From contig OZ037847.1 of assembly GCA_964035575.1 (NCBI GenBank), positions 1,302,001-1,366,000 on the forward strand: DNA of 64,000 nucleotides. Reading direction: 5' to 3'. A program made the translations under genes and the position numbers. The notes under the pieces were generated by a model that saw nothing but the letters and a program-made list of their open reading frames with translations, was not told where the DNA came from and made no database searches. Position 1 is the first letter of the stretch; each line of letters opens with the position of its first letter. This stretch comes from Rhynchopus sp. YZ270_cl-10. Its lineage: Eukaryota. Of this stretch, positions 60,131 through 64,000 are shown in pieces.

Positions 60131-60700
60131 ATGACACATCCGCCTTGTCTCTCTTCTCATGTTTTACACCTGGAAAGTCCTGAACCGGAGGAAGACCGTA
60201 GCTACGTGTCTGAGTCGTTTCAGCGCATTCGGGACTGGCTTGCGGCAGTGGTGCAGCCCGCACCCCAGGTCGAGGCTGTGCCTGTAAGGAAGCGGAAAGG
60301 GGGTCTCTCTGCTCAGCAGCTTGCCAGCCTGGCAAAGGAGAGTGGGAGGGCCCTGCTGACCATGTCTCAGGAGACACCGTCGCTGCCCCGGGGGCTGTTC
60401 CCCATGGGAGCAAAGCGCAGGAAGACAGAGCCCTTGCTGGCCGCAACACGTGCCGCGCAGTTCACACCACGTGCCGCCCCGTCTCCCTTCCTCCAGACCG
60501 AAACGCCTCCACCACTCCTCACAGTCCGTCGCGACCTGCAGCCAAAGCCGCGTAAGGTAACACCACTCCCATGTGAGTGGGTGCCGTCTCCAGACCCAGA
60601 AATAGATCTCTTCGCGGACATCCGTGCCGGCGACAGAGGAGGGTGTTCTCATGAAATGGTGTGCCCAGAGGTGGACCTCTGGGCTGACATGTCTCCTTAG
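60131..60700 (+). CDS. Hypothetical Pro-rich basic protein or terminal exon
   Basis: GC-rich ORF after a CGCCAG acceptor-like site; RKRK and KRRK patches. Confidence 0.6.
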   Translation: MTHPPCLSSHVLHLESPEPEEDRSYVSESFQRIRDWLAAVVQPAPQVEAVPVRKRKGGLSAQQLASLAKESGRALLTMSQETPSLPRGLFPMGAKRRKTEPLLAATRAAQFTPRAAPSPFLQTETPPPLLTVRRDLQPKPRKVTPLPCEWVPSPDPEIDLFADIRAGDRGGCSHEMVCPEVDLWADMSP

Positions 60701-61062
60701 GTACTTTTACTTCTTGTTCTTAATTTCTCGCGACTAATAGAAGAAAAAAAAAGGTGGGGGGTAACAGTTTTTGTCGTATTTTGTACTCCCACTCTGTCGC
60801 TTCGCACCCCATCCAACGAAACACGAGAGCATCCTTCGTCTGTGCTACGAAACAAATTAGCGTTTTTACATCCTAAAAAACGGGTACACTAAAAACGGAA
60901 TATTTGTGCACCCTTTCTGACGATCCTCCCTTCATAGCACACCTCTGTACTGTACCCATATCCCCACCCACTGTTGACAAGCCCCCCTCTCTCTGCCATG
61001 ATTCCTTTTAGCCTTTTGCCTCCTCGCTTTACTCAGTACGCAGATGTGTTGGCCACACGGAT

Positions 61063-63021
61063 ATGCACTCGACGATGAGGAGGCTGTGTGCCGGGCAGGC
61101 GGATCTGTTCGTCTCTGGCGCGCTTGCAAACGTTGTTGATTCGCGCACGCATTGGAGCAGGGCCACGAAGGCCTTTCAGGCGTCCGCAACACGCAACGAC
61201 GACACTCTGGACGAGCTGCCAGCAAATCCGTCACAGCCTACTGCCAACACAGAGGCACGCAACTCAGACATCGATCTTCCCGAGGTCGTCTCCGAATGGA
61301 CCAGGACCAATATCAAGACCAAGACTAAGACCCCCCTCGAGTCTCCCGAAAGGGCAGAAGGTCCACAGGTGGAGCCCATTGCAACGGAGGACGCGTGTCC
61401 GACCCCATTCCGCGAGGTGCGTGTGTCAGGGTCTGGCGCCATGGAGCGTACCATACGTGTGGAGGAGGCTGTCATGGCGCGCGTCTATAAACGCGAAATG
61501 AAATATGGTATGCAGGGCGTTCGCCCCGGGGCGAAAAATATTTTTTTTCGTTAAAAAAATCTTTTCCTGAAAAAATGACATTTTATTTCGCCCCAGGGCT
61601 TCGCCCCACCGGGGCGAAACCCTGTATAAATAAATAAATAAAAAAAAAAAAAGGGGAAAAAAAAAAAAAAAAAAGAGAGAGAGATTTCTCCCCACCACCC
61701 TGTAGACCCCCCCGGAGGGGGGGTCGCAGAGGGGTGTCCACTGTACTCAAAATCATCCGCAAACCCGCCTGCCGTGAGAGGAAGTTTCCCCAGCACTCCC
61801 GCTCCTCAATCCTGCAGTCTGCTGAAGGTGCCCCGTACCCCCTGTTATAGAAGGTGTCACTGCTCGTGTCAACTCTATCTTCAACGGCAGAGAGACGTTT
61901 TAGTTTATTGAAAATAATCAAACTAAGGATGAAGTCTCATATGACAGATGCCTCTCTCTTGTGCATCTGTTTGATTAAACAGCACAAAGAGACCCTCAGT
62001 GAGGGGGGGATTGATGAAATTCTCCATCGTTTTGCTGGTTTTAGTATCAGGAAAGTTCAGCTGTAATAGCACTTGTGCTGGGGAAGGGATCACGCGCAAA
62101 TCGCAATTTTTTTTGACCACTCAGTACCAGGGATTCACCCCCCACGAACTAGCTTCTCTCCGGCGGGAAAATTTTTTTTTGACCTATTTTAAGCACTAGT
62201 AAAAAAGCAAAAATTTCGGATTTTTTGGCATTTCGCCACGATCAGGAAAAAACGATGGCGATAGCGAACGCCCTGATGGTATGTTCAAAAAAAAAAAAAA
62301 TCTGTTAGTCAACTGCCACTGCCACAGGGGTTAAGAAGTATTGCACGCATCTGTTGACGCACTTATTGCGGTCTGAGAAGTTTGCTCAGAAGAAAGAGGT
62401 ATATACTCATACCACCACCTACCACCTACCACTCTACCACAGAAAAGGCGTCATCTTGTCTCCACCCGGTTTGCCCTGGACGAACGCAGCCGAGAAGACG
62501 TGCTTAAGACAGTGGAGCACTTTATTCCTGCTGGGTGGACGGTTGTCTGCACGCACTCCACCCTCGCGTTTGAGAGCGTTCGTGGACACCACGCTGCTCT
62601 GCGGATGAGAAATGCACAGAAGAAGACAGTCAGTGAAACGGACAGCACGGACATGCGGATAGTAGAGATAGGATGGTGCGGGGACGCGCTGGCCGTTCTT
62701 GTGGAGGGGTGGTGGCGGGAGGATGGGCAGCAGGCACACATTACCATTGCCATTCCTGCTGGGGGCATGCCTGGCAATTCACTGATCATCACCAACTGGT
62801 TTCAGGCCTCCCAAGCCATGAAGGCGGTACGCATCTCAGGGCAGCTCACCTCCGTAATACAAAATGCACATTCTCTGCAGCTCAGTGTGTTTCGAGGGAA
62901 GAAGAAACACCGTCGCCGCCAAGTCAGCCTCCGTGGTACCCGTCAGTGGAGAGGCCGTTGGCATTCCGCCACCACCAAAAAGTCTGCCATTATAAAAAAG
63001 AAACGGATCACAGACATGTGA
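61063..63021 (+). CDS. Hypothetical protein; exons 61063-61507, 62328-62398, 62443-63021 (start uncertain)
   Basis: GT-AG junctions join ORFs 61063, 62354 and 62500 in frame; intron 1 contains a hAT element. Confidence 0.7.
61513..62275 (+). mobile_element. Internally deleted hAT element with transposase C-terminal remnant
   Basis: TIR CAGGGCGTTCGC / GCGAACGCCCTG; perfect 8-bp TSD ATGGTATG; 61854-62066 encodes SSTAERRFSLLKIIKLRMKSHM...IDEILHRFA..RKVQL (hAT dimerisation domain), in-frame stop just upstream. Confidence 0.92.
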
Positions 63022-63648
63022 GAGAGAGAAGGGAGGGTCGACAAAACAAAAGGTCTTCTTGGTCCAGGGTGATCCCATCGTGCCATAAGAATTGTTTCCC
63101 CCTGAACGTAACAAGAGGAAGCGAATTTCCTCCAGGCGATACATTGTACCCTGGAAAAAAAAAAGAGGCAGGATTTTTTTTAGATTATGATGTAGGGGTC
63201 TGGGGGAGCTGTGGCAGGTTTTACTGGCTCCATCTGTCAGTGTTTAATGTGGGTATAGTGTGCTTAGCGACTGCATTTCTCTCTCATCAAGGCATAGTTG
63301 GGGAAGTACCACTCGAATACGGTTCATGCACATTTCATGCCCGGGTGCAACGGCCGTGCCGAATCAGGGTGAATCACGTCTACACCCTGCACCGCACTTC
63401 TGTCTCGTGCGCCGTGAAAACCTTGTAAGGTACTACCACCTTTTTATGGTTTTGGCCCTGTCCAGACCCGCAAAGGAGATTTTCGTGTACGAAGGGGGAC
63501 AGAATATCGACCCCCGCATTTGACAACCCCCCCATCATACCCTTTCAGAACGGGCTCTACACCCCCTTCTTCGTAGCCCCACACACCCTCCTCCTCCTCT
63601 CCCCACACACTACTCTTTTTTTTTTTTAACTGCGTTTTTTTTCCTAAA

Positions 63649-64000
63649 ATGGGGGCAAAACATGGCACCCAAAAGGGCGTTGTGTCCTCCGACAAAAAAT
63701 CGTTGTGGGAGGTGATTGCGGAGCGAGGGGGGAAGGGTGGGGTGCAGAAGAGCTATGCGGTTTTTATTGCTGAGGAGCACAAGATGCTGCGGTGCGCGCC
63801 GAAGAACGGGACACCCTACATTCCTGGCTGCCAGATCATGCAGGGGTCTGTTGTGGAGCTGTTACCTGTTGGAGGAACCGAAAAGTACGCTGCCGTTAAG
63901 ATCCACGGCATGCAAGGTTACATGAGACGCAAGCACCTCGTCCCTGTTGCTACCTACACCCAAACTGCGGCAGCACAACATCGCAGGGCGGTTCTTATGT
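63649..64000 (+). CDS. Hypothetical protein, 5' part; N-terminal MG and SH3b-like segment
   Basis: Frame open from ATG 63649 to window end: MGAKHGTQKG...MLRCAPKNGTPYIPGCQIMQGSVVELL...YAAVKIHGMQGYMRRKHL. Confidence 0.7.
   Translation, partial: MGAKHGTQKGVVSSDKKSLWEVIAERGGKGGVQKSYAVFIAEEHKMLRCAPKNGTPYIPGCQIMQGSVVELLPVGGTEKYAAVKIHGMQGYMRRKHLVPVATYTQTAAAQHRRAVLM

Noticed and set aside
61513..61624. 112-bp mini-MITE ending AAACCCTG
   Set aside because: No TSD; the true right TIR with a perfect TSD is at 62275

Overview
Eukaryotic protist DNA, most consistent with a diplonemid-like euglenozoan (inference: every credible gene is on the + strand, polypyrimidine tracts precede start codons, short GT-AG introns occur, and BILBO1-like and GP63-like genes are present). 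The window opens inside a GC-rich tyrosine-recombinase retrotransposon (gag-YR-RT/RNaseH order, split direct repeats, ending in a (CT)n tract). About 20 co-oriented genes follow: a TMEM181/Wntless-like + lipase-3 fusion, Eco1-like, two VIT1/CCC1, Kelch, a frameshifted CUB-tyrosinase, BILBO1-like, ZC2HC1-like, a transmembrane leishmanolysin, two actins and several hypotheticals. Intergenic DNA holds at least seven TIR elements. The two most unusual observations are (1) two tandem actin genes with an identical N-terminal signal peptide/basic propeptide, altered phosphate loops and many amino-acid differences, and (2) a strand-biased family of intergenic hairpins with a conserved RYGAGAG-type loop and covarying stems. 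All calls were made by eye, without searches.
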